From contig JAWMAR010000715.1 of NCBI GenBank assembly GCA_036785375.1, positions 62,001 through 126,000 of the forward strand: 64,000 bases of DNA. The letters are read 5' to 3'. The notes under the pieces are model-generated. The model was not told where the DNA came from. It was given only the letters and a program-made list of their open reading frames with translations, and did not search any database. Both the position numbers and the translations under genes were made by a program. This document shows, piece by piece, positions 52,445 to 64,000 of the stretch. Positions within the stretch are counted from its first letter, which is position 1. Each line of letters starts with the position of its first letter. This stretch comes from Leucoraja ocellata (Eukaryota).

Positions 52445-52713
52445 TACTTTCTAAAGTGCATCTGTAGAAGTTTGGGTTTTCAGAAACATATCAAATCTCT
52501 GAACGTGAGGAAGTAGAAGTACTGGTGTGCCTTCATCATGATTACATCTGTGCTCTTCATCATCTCTGACTTTAATCAGTCTAGTGGTAGTGGTTGTACC
52601 TTCAGCTGCAATTCCTTCCCTGAACCTCACCATCTCCTTTACATATTCTGTTGTGTTGCTGCAAGTAAGAATTTCATTGTTCTATCTGGGACATAAAACG
52701 TTTGTGACTCTTT

Positions 52714-52876
52714 GTTTAAGAAGGAACTGCAGATGCTGGAAAATCGAAGGTACACAAAAATGCTGGAGAAACTCAGCGGGTGAAGAAGGGGTTTGGCCCG
52801 AAACGTTGCCTATTTCCTTCGCTCCATAGAATGCTGCTGCACCCGCTGAGTTTCTCCAGCATTTCTGTGTACATTC
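52714..52876. mobile_element. Penelope-derived palindromic element
   Basis: 10-bp TSD GTGACTCTTT (52704-52713 / 52877-52886); core GTGAAGAAGGGGTTTGGCCCGAAACGTT. Confidence 0.82.
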
Positions 52877-55800
52877 GTGACTCTTTACTCCTTTAAAGCT
52901 GCTCATTAATAGCAGCTCTTTATGCAAGCTTGCGAACATTTTCCATAATACCTTTATTTACTTATTATTATTTAATAACAATAATAATACATTTTATTTA
53001 TGGGCGCCTTTCAGGACTCTCAAGGACACCTTACAGCAAATTACAAACATATAAACAAAATGAGACAAAGTAGTAGGGACAGCAACAATACACAATTCAA
53101 AGAGAGAGCTTCGGCAACTAGTCGTGCCAGCGTTCACGCACCAGGCCCCCTCTTCTTGTAACGTCCATGTGTAAAAAATCTCATGGTGCAAGGCTGGAAA
53201 AGGTGCAAGGAGTTCAACAGATGTCCTGCCAACATTCTGCTTTTAGTCAACATTGCCACAGATGATTAATTGGTGACTCCCTCCTTTCCCTTTTGTGGGA
53301 CCTTTGTGTGCAAGCAGGCAATAATATTTACCTGTTGAACCATGATAGAACTCTGTAGTTCATTGTACACTGAGATGTTGACAGAATGATAAGATACTGT
53401 AAATGCATAGTGTATTTGCAATCTGCTCCACCTGTTTAAAGGCAGTAATAGGCTTTCCTTTGAGTATCATGACCCAGTTCATTTGCACCCATAAGAGGCT
53501 TACAAAACCAGCGCCAAATGTGACGCAGTGAAAACTTGGACAATTGATTTCTAAAAGCAGTAGAACGCAGGTTAGAATGTATGAACGTTATTTCTTCTCT
53601 TGACATTTTCTTGACCAAAAAAATAAAATTGGACTATTTCAGTGTTGAGAGTTTGCTATTAAGGATTTCTGGTGGTTTGTTTGTATTTATTTGGGTAGGT
53701 GCGGAGAAGCAAATGTTCTGAGCAGTTAAGCACTCCCTTTCTCAGGACTGAACTGCCGAAAGTGATGTTCTGCTTATAAACGGCACCATTCATTCCCTGA
53801 AACCATTTATGTACAAGGAAACCAGTCTAGTAAATTATGTCAAGTGGAAGGTTGTCTGTAAATAGTGCACTTTTTATTTCAGTCTAATTGCTCACTTCCT
53901 TTAGTTCGGTTTTATTCCCGTGCCAACAGAGCACCCGACAGACCACATATATTGCTCATCTCCTTCATAGTATGGCAGTCGGTAGCAGCCAAAAGCCTAT
54001 GGATTTCCCTGATCTTTGATTATAGGCGAATAAAGAATTTCCTCCTAATTCTTTTCACCCCTTATTTTCTTGCCTTGAATGTTGATTTGGAGATTTTATG
54101 TAAATACAGCAGAGGAAGAGTCCCTTGAGGGATTCTGTCAAAACTTTCTTCAGCAAAAACTTTCTTACAGTGATCTCATTTCCATGCCCATGCTCATATC
54201 ATTTTGTGTTCTCCATTTTCCTTTTTTTTTCTAAATCTCAATCTTTGTTTCAAAAGCCATTTGAGCCAATGTATTCTGTACTTCTAACACATCTGTGTGG
54301 GAGGGATTCCTCTGATTTCTCTTTTTAAATGTTCTGATAATTATGAGTCGACAGCTCCTGTTACTAATTCACCAACCAGCTGGCACGATCTTTCACTAAC
54401 TACTCACTCAAAACGATTATGTTAAACATCTGTTGGATTTCTCCTTGAACTTCTCTCTTCCGGTGGAAAGGGGCAATTTTCTCCTTGTGCTTTTGTAACA
54501 CTGAGCAGGGGATCGTAAATTCTTTCTTGGATTGCAATATCCCGGGCATGAAACCCTCTGAACTGTATACTGTCCCACTGTGGTTCAACTAATGACACAA
54601 ATAAAATAAAATCTGGTAGTCTATGTATCCTGTTTGCCTTTTGCCTTCCAGCTGTGTCTTGTGAGTATGTGTATAGCTACACCTCCTGGATCCCACTTTC
54701 CCTCGGTTTGCATTAAGCAGGTGCTGGCTATGGTCCAGGTGGCAGTCCTTTGAAATCTTAACCTGTGCTTGTAAGACGTGACGATGTCGCTGGGTTTAAG
54801 GTGCCGGCGCTGACCAAACGTGATTGTCCATCCTCACGGTGGCACCTCTTTATCTAATTCCGAGCACTATCGTTGTCACTTCTTCCTCAGTGTACATGTT
54901 CATGGTCAGGCAGCTGTGGCCGTGACTGCACCCAATTTACCACCCCATCCACTGTCATTTCATTTCTAACTCCCTTTCTGTTCCCGTCGTCTGAATTATT
55001 TCAATACTGAGGAGTAATTGTATTCGCTCCTTCGTACTCGACCACAATAATTGCCAGATTTAAGCCGGTGCTATTTTCATTTTCACACCAGAATACAACA
55101 TTTTGGGGTAAAAGCCACGTTGCAAGACTAGAATGTGTCTCAATCTCCTGTTTGCAGCACAATTGGTGAGGATCTTCACTGGAGACCTTTGAGCAATCTT
55201 TAATCCAACTTCAATGTTATATCTTGCATGATATGTTGGGGGCACCTTTAACCTTTATCAGTGGACTATGGTTAGCTTGTTTGTATTCACGTATAGTCTT
55301 TTATTTGACTGGATCGCGCGCAAACAAATGCGATTCACTTTCCTTGGTGCACATGGCCTTAAACTAAGGTATTAAGCTTTGTTTTCTCTCCTCCCCCCCC
55401 CCCCCCCCTCTTTCCGCCCGGTGTGTGATCAGAGGCAATTTACAAACTGCTTGACCATGACTTCACATCAATCACAGCTGTCTCATTCACGGGGTTATTG
55501 TGTTGATTGGTGCTAATTAATAATCCTTTGAACTAAATTTTTTTCCATTGACACCACTTTGAATTCCCGTTCTTTAAATTATAATGCGTTTTGGAGAAGT
55601 TTGCAGTTCACTATTCTATTCTGGAGTTTCCAGATGCCCTGTAGCAGCCTTGTTTGTGCTCTTGTATTAAGGGTTTCCTTTCCTCCCCTCCTGCCGAGTG
55701 TGCCATATGTATTCTAGCTTACCTGCTGCTATAAGAGTGGACGTTTTCAAAGTGGATCCAAGAAACGCTGCCCCATGAGAGGGGCGCTTAAGTGCAGTCC

Positions 55801-56924
55801 CTTGACACGGCCTGATGATGCTAATGGCTGCTTAAACACAAATGTGCTGGAAGTGCACAGCAGGTAGAATTGCTTTGGAGAGGAAGATAGTTAGGGTTTC
55901 ATGCTGGGACCCTTCTGCAAGAAGGCTTTTTAATGAACGATGTTGACATGCAGTGCTGGTTCAGATGCTAATTGATTGCTGCACTTATTTTATATTTCCA
56001 ACTTTTTTTTTTAAACTGGCTCTAAAATCCATTTGATTTTCATGGTTTCTCTGTTAGCAATTGAATAACCTAATTATTGGCAAAGCAAGTCTTTTAGCAA
56101 ATTAGTGAGATGGCATAAAAAGTCTGGTGTTTTAAAATAAATCTAGATTGATTGAACAGGAAATATTGGACCAAAAATGCAGGTCAGGCCATTCCCAGAG
56201 TATTGTCTACAAATTTGGTTCCCTGCGTTGTAAAAATATTTGGTAGTACAGAAATTGGTCACTGGATGAATGCCTGGGATCAGGAGGTTGTCGTGTAACA
56301 AACGATAGAGTAGACTCACTGTAGTCTCTAGAGCTTGGAGGAATAAGGTGAGATCTTGTCAACGTTCAACAGAATCTTGCACCTTGACATTGTGGATGGT
56401 GTGAGGAGGTTTGCCTGTGTAAGGGACGTCTGTTCTGGGGGACACAGTCTCAGCAAAAGGGTTGGCATTAAAGATTGAGATGATGAATTTCTGGTTGGAA
56501 GTGAGGATTCTGCATCCAATAGTTGTGCAGCATCTTTAATGCCGAGAGATTTTTCGATGAGTGACTAGAATTCTGGAGATCAGACATAAGAATGGATTGA
56601 GGTCAGCAATTAGATCAGCACAGGATCATGGGGTCTTGTGTAGGAAGGGACTGCAGATGTTGGAATAGCTACTTCCCCACAGCCATCAGGCTATTAAACT
56701 CGGCTTGGCCAAAACTCTGAACATTAATAGCCCATTATTTGTTTATTTGCACTTTATCAGTTTATTCATGTATTATATTTATATAATGGTATATGGACAC
56801 ACTGATCTGTTCTGTATTCATGCTTACTATGTTCTGTTGTGCTGAAGCAAAGCAATAATTTTATTGTCCTATCAGGGACGCATGAGAATAAACTCTCTTG
56901 ACTCTTGGTTTAAACTGAAGCTGG

Positions 56925-57324
56925 ATTAGCTCAGCGGGACAGGCAGCATCTCTGGAGAGAAGGAATGGGTGACGTTTCAGGTCGAGAACTTATTCAGATT
57001 AGAGTCTGGGGAAAGGGAAACGAGTGATATAGACATTAGAGTAGAGAGACCTAGAACAAATGAACAAATGAACAAAAGACATGCAAAAAATGTACTAATT
57101 ATAAAGGAAACTGACTATTTGTTAGCTGTTTGCTAGGTAAGAACGAGAAGCTGGTGCGACTAGGGTGGGGGAGGGATCAAGAGAGAAGGAATGCAGTGGT
57201 TACTTGAAGATAGAGAAATCATACCACAGGGTTGTAAGCTGCTCAAGTGAAATATGAGATGCTGTTCCTCCAATTTGCATTTAGCCTCACTCTGACAATG
57301 GAGGAGGCCTAGGACAGAAAGGTC
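56925..57324 (-). mobile_element. Penelope-like element 3' end: GIY-YIG endonuclease C-terminus plus pLTR with degenerate hammerhead
   Basis: DLSVLGLLHCQSEAKCKLEEQHLIFHLSSLQPCGM (within ORF 57160..57462), contiguous with the repeat-family arm. Confidence 0.85.
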
Positions 57325-57769
57325 TTGTGATTTCTTTATCTCTTTCAAGGGAATTGAATCCATTTGTAGCGATTTCAAGGTGGGGACACTGCCATTATGG
57401 GCAGTCGCAGTAACCCCCCCCTCCCCCAATGTGAAGAGAATTTGTGCACATACATCATCCACTCTTCAGAAGTATTGATGTTGATCATGGGACTTGGGAC
57501 CTCTGGAAAAAACATCGAAGCCGCTCTCGTAATGTGCTAATGTAATTTGAGTTCCATCATACAGGATATAGACACAAGAAGCAGGAGTAACTCAGTGGGT
57601 CAGACAGCACCTCTGGAGAAAAGGAATGGGTGACATTTCGGGTTGAGACTCTTTATCAAGAATCCAAGAATTGCAGCAGTTCTTACATTGATTACACAAA
57701 ATATTTTTTATCAACAAAATCACCATACAGGTCTTTGTAGACCAGTGGCAACATTAATGTAAACCCCTC

Positions 57770-58128
57770 AAACAGCACCTTCCAAATCGGAGACCTACAC
57801 CGCTTGGTCAGCTTTCAACCCAGTGGTATTAATATTGATTTCTCTAATTTCAAGCATTCCCTCTCTCTCCATCCCTCCCACACCCAAGTTGCACCAGCTT
57901 CTCGTTTTCATCCAACATACAGCTACAATGGTCTGTTTCCTTTATCATAGTTTCTTTTTTGCATATCTTTAATTCATTGTTCTTTATCTCTCGACATCAT
58001 CTATATCTCTCATTTCGCTTTCCCCCGACTAGTTTGAAGAAGGGTCTTGACCCAAAATGTCACCCATTCCTTCGCTCCAGAGATGCTGCCTGTCCCGCTG
58101 AGTTACTCCAGCTTTTTGTGTCTACCTC
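57770..58128 (+). mobile_element. Penelope-like element 3' end (second copy, opposite orientation)
   Basis: SFQPSGINIDFSNFK remnant, pLTR body, then TTGAAGAAGGGTCTTGACCCAAAATGTC and the arm. Confidence 0.8.
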
Positions 58129-58221
58129 TACCGCAAAGATGGACAATGGCAACAGGGACAAGGGAACACAACTGCCTGCCGTTTCTCCTCCAAGTCATCC
58201 ACCATCCTGATTTGTTGGAGA

Positions 58222-58375
58222 CGCAAGGAACTGCAGATGCTGGAATCTTGGGTAGAACACAGTGCTGGAGTAACTCATCGGATCTGAAGAAGGGGTGCCA
58301 ACCTGAAAGATTGAACTATCAAAGTTCACCAGACATGCTGCCTGTCCTGTTGGGTTACTTCAGCACTTTGTGTTC
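58222..58375. mobile_element. Penelope-derived palindromic element (degenerate)
   Basis: AAGGAACTGCAGATGCTGG...CTGAAGAAGGGG...GAAA...GTTACTTCAGCAC. Confidence 0.7.
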
Positions 58376-60747
58376 CATTCTGTTCCTTCTTATTGCTGAA
58401 CCCAAATTCTTGGAGTACCTTTACCCGAAGCACTAGCAAATTAAGAAAGTTAAAAGATAGCGATGAAGTGCCTTGAGGGATGAGCAACATACTGTGACCC
58501 CGCCAACAATGATTACATCCTGCAGAATAAGTCTCTCCAAAATGGCTGGATTCTCCAGATTCCCTTAGGATTGGTAACAGACCTGGTGTTTTTTTATGGA
58601 AGGTAAGTTTGATGATGTTTAACAAACAAATATCAGTATCAGTAATTTACCCAGGTTGGTTGCCTTGCCTGCACTTCAGAACACTGGAGGCCAGTACATA
58701 AGTGCAGTGTAGTTCTTGACCTGCTCCTAGAACCTGTGCTGAACGATAATGAGTATCCATTCTTATTTTTCAGGCCGTTATTGCCTTCGGGCTGTTGTAC
58801 AACAGCGCGCAAGCTGGTGGTTCCTTGTATAATTGTAAAGCCGTTTTTTTGGCCAGTGTTATCTTGCCTGTTGCCTTTGGGCTGCTGTCTGTGAAAGGAG
58901 GAACAGAGTCAGGCCTGTTTTCATGCTGCATCAGGGTGAATGATTTTAAAATAATTCAATTCGGGGATGTGAAAAGGAACTTTGTTTTATAAATGCCCAC
59001 TGCTTCTCCATGCAAACCCTCTCTGACAGCTACAATTCACGAGTAATATTGAAGAAGGGAAGACTGATAAAGCTTGCATTGATGAGGAGCAGAGTCTGGA
59101 TGTGAGCATAAGGTAGTATAATAGAAATCCCACATCAGCCTGTGACCACCTATAAAGTGGCAGTTGAGTTTTTGGGCTGTGCGGACTAAAGGGAAATGGA
59201 CTTCTGTGTGCAGCTGTTTAGAATTGCAAAACACTGACTGTTAGTAGAAACCTTGATGGAAGTGCAAGAGGACTTCTCTATTGCAGCAGGAAGCAAAATT
59301 TGATACCTTTGCAAGAAAATGAGATCTGGTTTTCATGGGATTAAAAATAAAATGGGACCCCTGGAACTCATGGCTAGGTGTTGGGGCAAATGTAATAACT
59401 CAACAATATCTCAAATATATTCAAGTTCTAAACTGATAGCACTAAAGAACAGCATAAACAAATAACCTTTTTTGGTCTGAAGGGTCCCGATCCGAAATGT
59501 CAACCCATTCATTTTCTCGAGAGATACTTAGTTACTCCGGCACTTTGTGTCTACCTTTAGCACAAAAGAACAGCATTCAGTGGGCTCTTGACCGCCCTCA
59601 TCTCATCCATGTGTTGCCCTTCCAGATCTTAAAACATCCCTCAAATCAAGGTTCCCAACCCAAAATGTCCATTCGCTCCTCTGATGCTGCCTGATTTGCT
59701 GAATTCCTCCAGCACTTTTTGTTAGTCTCACATTTGCCTGATTTTTTTATTTTTTTTATTTTTTTATTATCCAAGCACCAACACTCTTCCCTTTGTGCCC
59801 TTTTCCACCTCTTGCCACCATGTGATGTTTACTGCCTTGATGACACAATTTAATGTGGTTAATTATTGTTTAAATGTTTCATTGCCTTAAAAGAAAATAA
59901 TTGTTCATTTGGCCACCGTGGAGTTTGTAAAATAAGGGTAAGAGTTGGTAATTTAGAATGGGAAGACCTAAAACTGTATTGGGATGAATGATTCTAGTAG
60001 TCACTTTAATAATAATGAAGGCCCACCTTAAGCCTGTTAAAATAGATTTGTTCTAATCATTGGGCCTGCAGTGATTAGCTTTTATCATTAGTGTGGCTAA
60101 TAAAACATGAATTTGCCATCATTGTGAACTGGGCAGATGAATGAATGAAATGAGTGTGTGATATTTTATGAAAACGAGCATTCTGCAAAGAATTAAACTC
60201 CCAATTAAGCTCACAATCTGTGTACGTGGTTTCAACGAGCAGTTAATTGCATCAGCTATGCGCTTGTTCGAGTCTGCAAGCAGGTAAACCACATAAAATA
60301 GGGCATTGAAGGAAGTGGATTTTCAGCCGTTCTTTCCATTGTCGCAGTGTTGCAATTTACTTTGTGAAACGAGCTGAGCATCAGTGTATTGTGAAGAGAG
60401 ATGCTGTACACACCACATTCACTTGCACCACTACTGAACGGATTAACAGTCAATTGTTTGCAGTTAGACTGTGCTGTGTACTTTGTTAGAAATAACAGTT
60501 TAGAAATGGTCTATTGCACACGGTGCCCATTTTCTCCCATTTTGTTGTTTGGATGTTGGGGATCAGGACAAAAACCAGCATTCACTGCCCTTGTGTGGTT
60601 ACTTGTGAGGTGTGTGGTAGTTCAGCTGTGCACAGTACTTTGATACAGTAGGGTTGTCGAGCACATCTGTTGTTCTGGAGTCGGGTGTGGGGGCCAGATC
60701 AGGCAAGGGTTGTGCATTTCCTCCCTTAATGGCAACACTGCACAAAA

Positions 60748-61035
60748 GGGCGGCACGGTGGCGCAGCGGTAGAGTTGCTGCCTTACCTCGCCGGAGACCC
60801 AGGTTCGATCCTGACCACAGGTGCTGTCTGTACAGAGTTTGTACGTTCTCCCTGTGACTGCATGGATTGTCCCTAAGTGCACCGGTTTCCTCCCACACTA
60901 CAAAGACGCACAGGTCTGTAGGCTAATTGGCTTCAGTAAAAATTGTAAGTCAGTAGAATAGTGCTAGTGCACAGGGATCGCTGGTCGGCATGGACTCAGT
61001 TGGACAAAGGGCCTTTCTAAACTGAATTAAACTAA
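60748..61035 (+). mobile_element. HE1-like V-SINE, full length
   Basis: A box TGGCGCAGCGG (60759-60769), B box GGTTCGATCC (60802-60811), V-domain, AAACT-type tail. Confidence 0.9.
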
Positions 61036-61279
61036 TTAGATGTGTGGTTTTTGTGGTTATCATAATTATCCTCTTGTATATATGCCAGATTAATTTAAAT
61101 TCTGCAGTACTGTGTAGCGAAATAATAGTGCAGACTTGGTTTACTAGCCAACCAACATCAATACTATGTCATCATACCTTTGTGAAAATGCTACCGATTG
61201 TGCCTATGTATAGTAAGATTTTCATTGAACTGCAAAAAGGGATTTCATTGTATCTAGGTATATGTAACAATAATATACC

Positions 61280-61750
61280 ATAGTCATACAGTGTGGGAAC
61301 TTGCCCACACTGACCAAAATAACCCATCTTCACTCGCTCCACCTGCTTGCGTTTGGCTAGTATCCCGCTAAACATATCCTATCCATGTACCTGTTGAAAT
61401 GTTTCTTAAACGGTGCAATAGTATCTGCCTCAAACACTTCCTCCAGAAGCTCATTCAATACACCCACCACCCTTTGTGTAAGAAAAAATGTTGCCCCTCG
61501 GGTGAACCATTGAACTATTAAATCCCAGTTTTTGTCCTTTTATGAAGACACATGGAACTACAGGTGCTAGATCCTTGAGTAAAACAGTGCTGAAGGAACT
61601 CGGCAGGTCTGGCAGAATCTGCGGTGGGAATGGAGAGGCAATGTCTCTGGTTCGGGACCCAGTCAGAAGAAGAGTCCCAACCCGAAGTGCCGCCTTGTCC
61701 ATCCCCTTCCCAGAGACTGCCAGGCCCGCTGAGTTCCTCCAGCACTTATA
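61280..61750. mobile_element. CR1 3' fragment (-) followed by a Penelope-derived palindromic element (~61555-61750)
   Basis: Reverse CR1 3' UTR; arms GTGCTGAAGGAACTCGGC / GCTGAGTTCCTCCAGCAC around a collapsed core. Confidence 0.7.
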
Positions 61751-63254
61751 GTGTTGTGGTTTGTCCTTTATGATATAGGCTCTGTTTTGTGTATGTATCA
61801 GTGGATTAATTGATGCGTGAAACCTAAAGCTCACAACCAAGCATGTCATACACATTGTGTAGATCGGAACAGCCTAGTGTGGGATGCTGGTTTATTTGCA
61901 GATATCCGCATTAAGATTTGCATTGAATTAAATTTAAACTAAGCCCACAAAAGATTTTGACAGGAAATTTCACCAATTGACGTGCACTACTCATCAGGTT
62001 GGGTCTGCTTTGATCTCCTTCCAAGTGACAGCAAGATTGAGAGCAGATAGAGACACTGCAGTACGTAGATACGGTCGCAGTATTTTACTCAGTTGTTGGC
62101 AAGGATCAGAATTGGAGAGAGCTTGATTCTGCACCACCTTGCTATCTGACATGGAGAAAGCCAGCGAGTTGTCTATTTCCTTCTGCCGCCACTGCTCCAC
62201 CACCCCACTCCCCACCTCCACGTATCTATAGCAACCTGCGTGTAAATGGTAGAAGGTAAGTGATATATCTTCCACTTAGGACTTAGTAAAAGTTAGATCA
62301 CAGACTGTGCCTCATACAAGACAAAACTTCCCTGCAGAGTAATGGTAGCTGTGTAAACTAATTTAGTGTGGGTATAAAATATCTTTAACCTTCACAGATA
62401 CTCTTGTGGCTGAGAGCTTTGGTTTAAATGCTGCTTTTTGGCAACTTTGATTTAATTACTTCATGTTATTTGAACCAAAAGGAGCTGTGTCGGTTCACTC
62501 CTAGTCCCCATTTGCAGTGTTAATGTGAAAGGTTGTGGCCATTTTCATATGCTGTGCTGAAACTTGTGCCTCTTCATTTCTATGGAGCGTCCTCCATTCT
62601 GTTGTTTGTTGTGTAGGAGGGCACATGGGTTCAGCTGAACACTCCATGCGTGAACTCTCTCAATAACCCCAAAGTGTTTTTTGTGAATCCAGGGCCAAGG
62701 GTCCCAGGACTCTTGATTTCAAGGTCGGCATCTTGCAATTGTAATGCTGGAGAAGAAAGGCAAGGGGAATAGTATCACTGCTGTGCGGAGAGAGTCCTTT
62801 TGACAGGGAGCTTCATGAATCTGCTTGAGAAAAGCTTACACATTGTCTTCTCCCGGCGTTTACTTGTGGAAATGTTCACACAAGTCCAGAAAGTTGTCCG
62901 AACTCCCGACAGTTTGGGTCAGGAGTGTCAGATACTTGTAATCCTTTTATTTCTGGCTATCAAAAAAACCTGTCAGCACCCACGATGATGAATTGTCAGG
63001 AAGCATGCATGCAGTTGGCATTTTGGCATCAGTGAAAGCTGTTTTTAAATATTGGTTTAAGGGAAGTATTGGAATTTCTGCTACTGAAGCGACCTCCCCT
63101 CTTAATTCCTTCTGACAGCAGTCTCTGCATTAATTTGCATTGATTTGAAACTGTTTTCACAGCAGTACATCTGTGAATGTAGTGAGTTCGGAGAATTTTA
63201 GGGCTTGCCAAGCTTGAATGAGGTGCATATCTGTGGAAAAGACAGAGGACATTT

Positions 63255-63716
63255 CTGTAGGGAGAGGTTGAGTAGGCTGGGTCTCTATTCCATGGAGAGT
63301 AGGAGGATGAGGGGAGATCTTACAGAGGTATACAAAATCATGAGAGGAATAGATTGGGTAGATGCACAGTCTTTTACCGGGAGAAGGGGAATCGAGGACC
63401 AGAGGACATAGGTTCAAGGTGAAGGGGGAAAGGTTTAATAGGAATCCGAGGGATAACCTTTTCACACAGAGGGTGGTGGGTGTGTGGTGAGGGGTAACCT
63501 TTTCACACAGAGGGTGGTGGGTGTGTAGAACAAGCTGCCAGAGGTGGTAGTTGAGGCTGGGACTATCCCATTGTTTAAGAAACAGTTGGACAGGTACATG
63601 GATAGGACAGGTTTGGAGGATTAAGGACCAAGTGCAGGCAAGTGGGACTAGTGTAGCTGTGACATTGTTGGGCAGAAGGGCCTATTTCCACACTGTATTA
63701 ATCTATGATTCTATGA
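63255..63716 (+). mobile_element. CR1 LINE 3' end with a ~38-bp internal tandem duplication
   Basis: RERLSRLGLYSMESRRMRGDLTEVYKIMRGID; TAACCTTTTCACACAGAGGGTGGTGGGTGTGT occurs twice within 63448-63526. Confidence 0.9.
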
Positions 63717-63789
63717 CATCCCTCTAGTGCCGTCTTACCAAATAGTTTAAATGCATCTCCTGCAATGCTTTTCCAGGGAAGCTTCTCCA

Positions 63790-63960
63790 TTTCACACAGA
63801 CCAGACTCCCCACCATTGACTCCATCTAAACTTCGTGTTGCTTCAGGAAAGTAGCCAACATAACCAGACCTTTTCCATCCTGGTCATTGCTCCTCCTACC
63901 CACCCCAACCCCCTTCCAGACTCGGGAACAGCTTCTTCTGAGTTATCAGACTTCTGAACT
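63790..63960 (+). mobile_element. Rex1/Babar 3' remnant
   Basis: Similar to 22300-22500 (CCATTGACTCCAT...CCTGG...CTCC...GGRACAG). Confidence 0.6.
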
Positions 63961-64000
63961 ACCCTTCCATAAGTTAGGGTCCTATCTGATTCTCTACCCC

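Noticed and set aside
58772-58820. Acceptor-like TTCTTATTTTTCAG in unique sequence
   Set aside because: No convincing donor or reading frame follows.
60748-60815. tRNA-like A/B boxes
   Set aside because: These are SINE heads followed by V-domain and tail, not tRNA genes.

Overview
Repeat-rich vertebrate genomic DNA. It is most likely a cartilaginous fish (skate/ray/shark), inferred from HE1-type V-SINEs, many CR1 3' fragments, Rex1/Babar and Penelope remnants. I can support no intact protein-coding gene; the ORF track is mostly degraded retroelement sequence or noise. The one clear host feature is a GC/CpG-rich TATA-less promoter at ~14.45-14.63 kb (three CCAAT boxes, a GC box, an exact NRF1 site). 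It leads into a + strand first exon that ends at GAG|GTAAGG (14921) and contains four short closed uORFs. A likely 54-nt exon lies 32 kb downstream (46936-46989), so most of 15-64 kb is probably intron of a large gene I cannot identify. The most notable system is a family of about 25-30 short, often palindromic repeats. They carry a minimal type-I hammerhead ribozyme core (CTGAAGA-A-stem II-GAAAC-NTH), are flanked by 10-17 bp target-site duplications, and are physically linked to Penelope GIY-YIG C-terminal remnants, which points to non-autonomous Penelope-derived retroelements. One pair at 41.5-42.2 kb records a local inverted copy with captured flank. Also present: Harbinger-like MITEs sharing an internal palindrome, a solo LTR, two long hairpins, enhancer-like motif clusters and a 150-N gap with AT-skewed flanks. 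Repeat boundaries were read by eye and are approximate unless a TSD is quoted.
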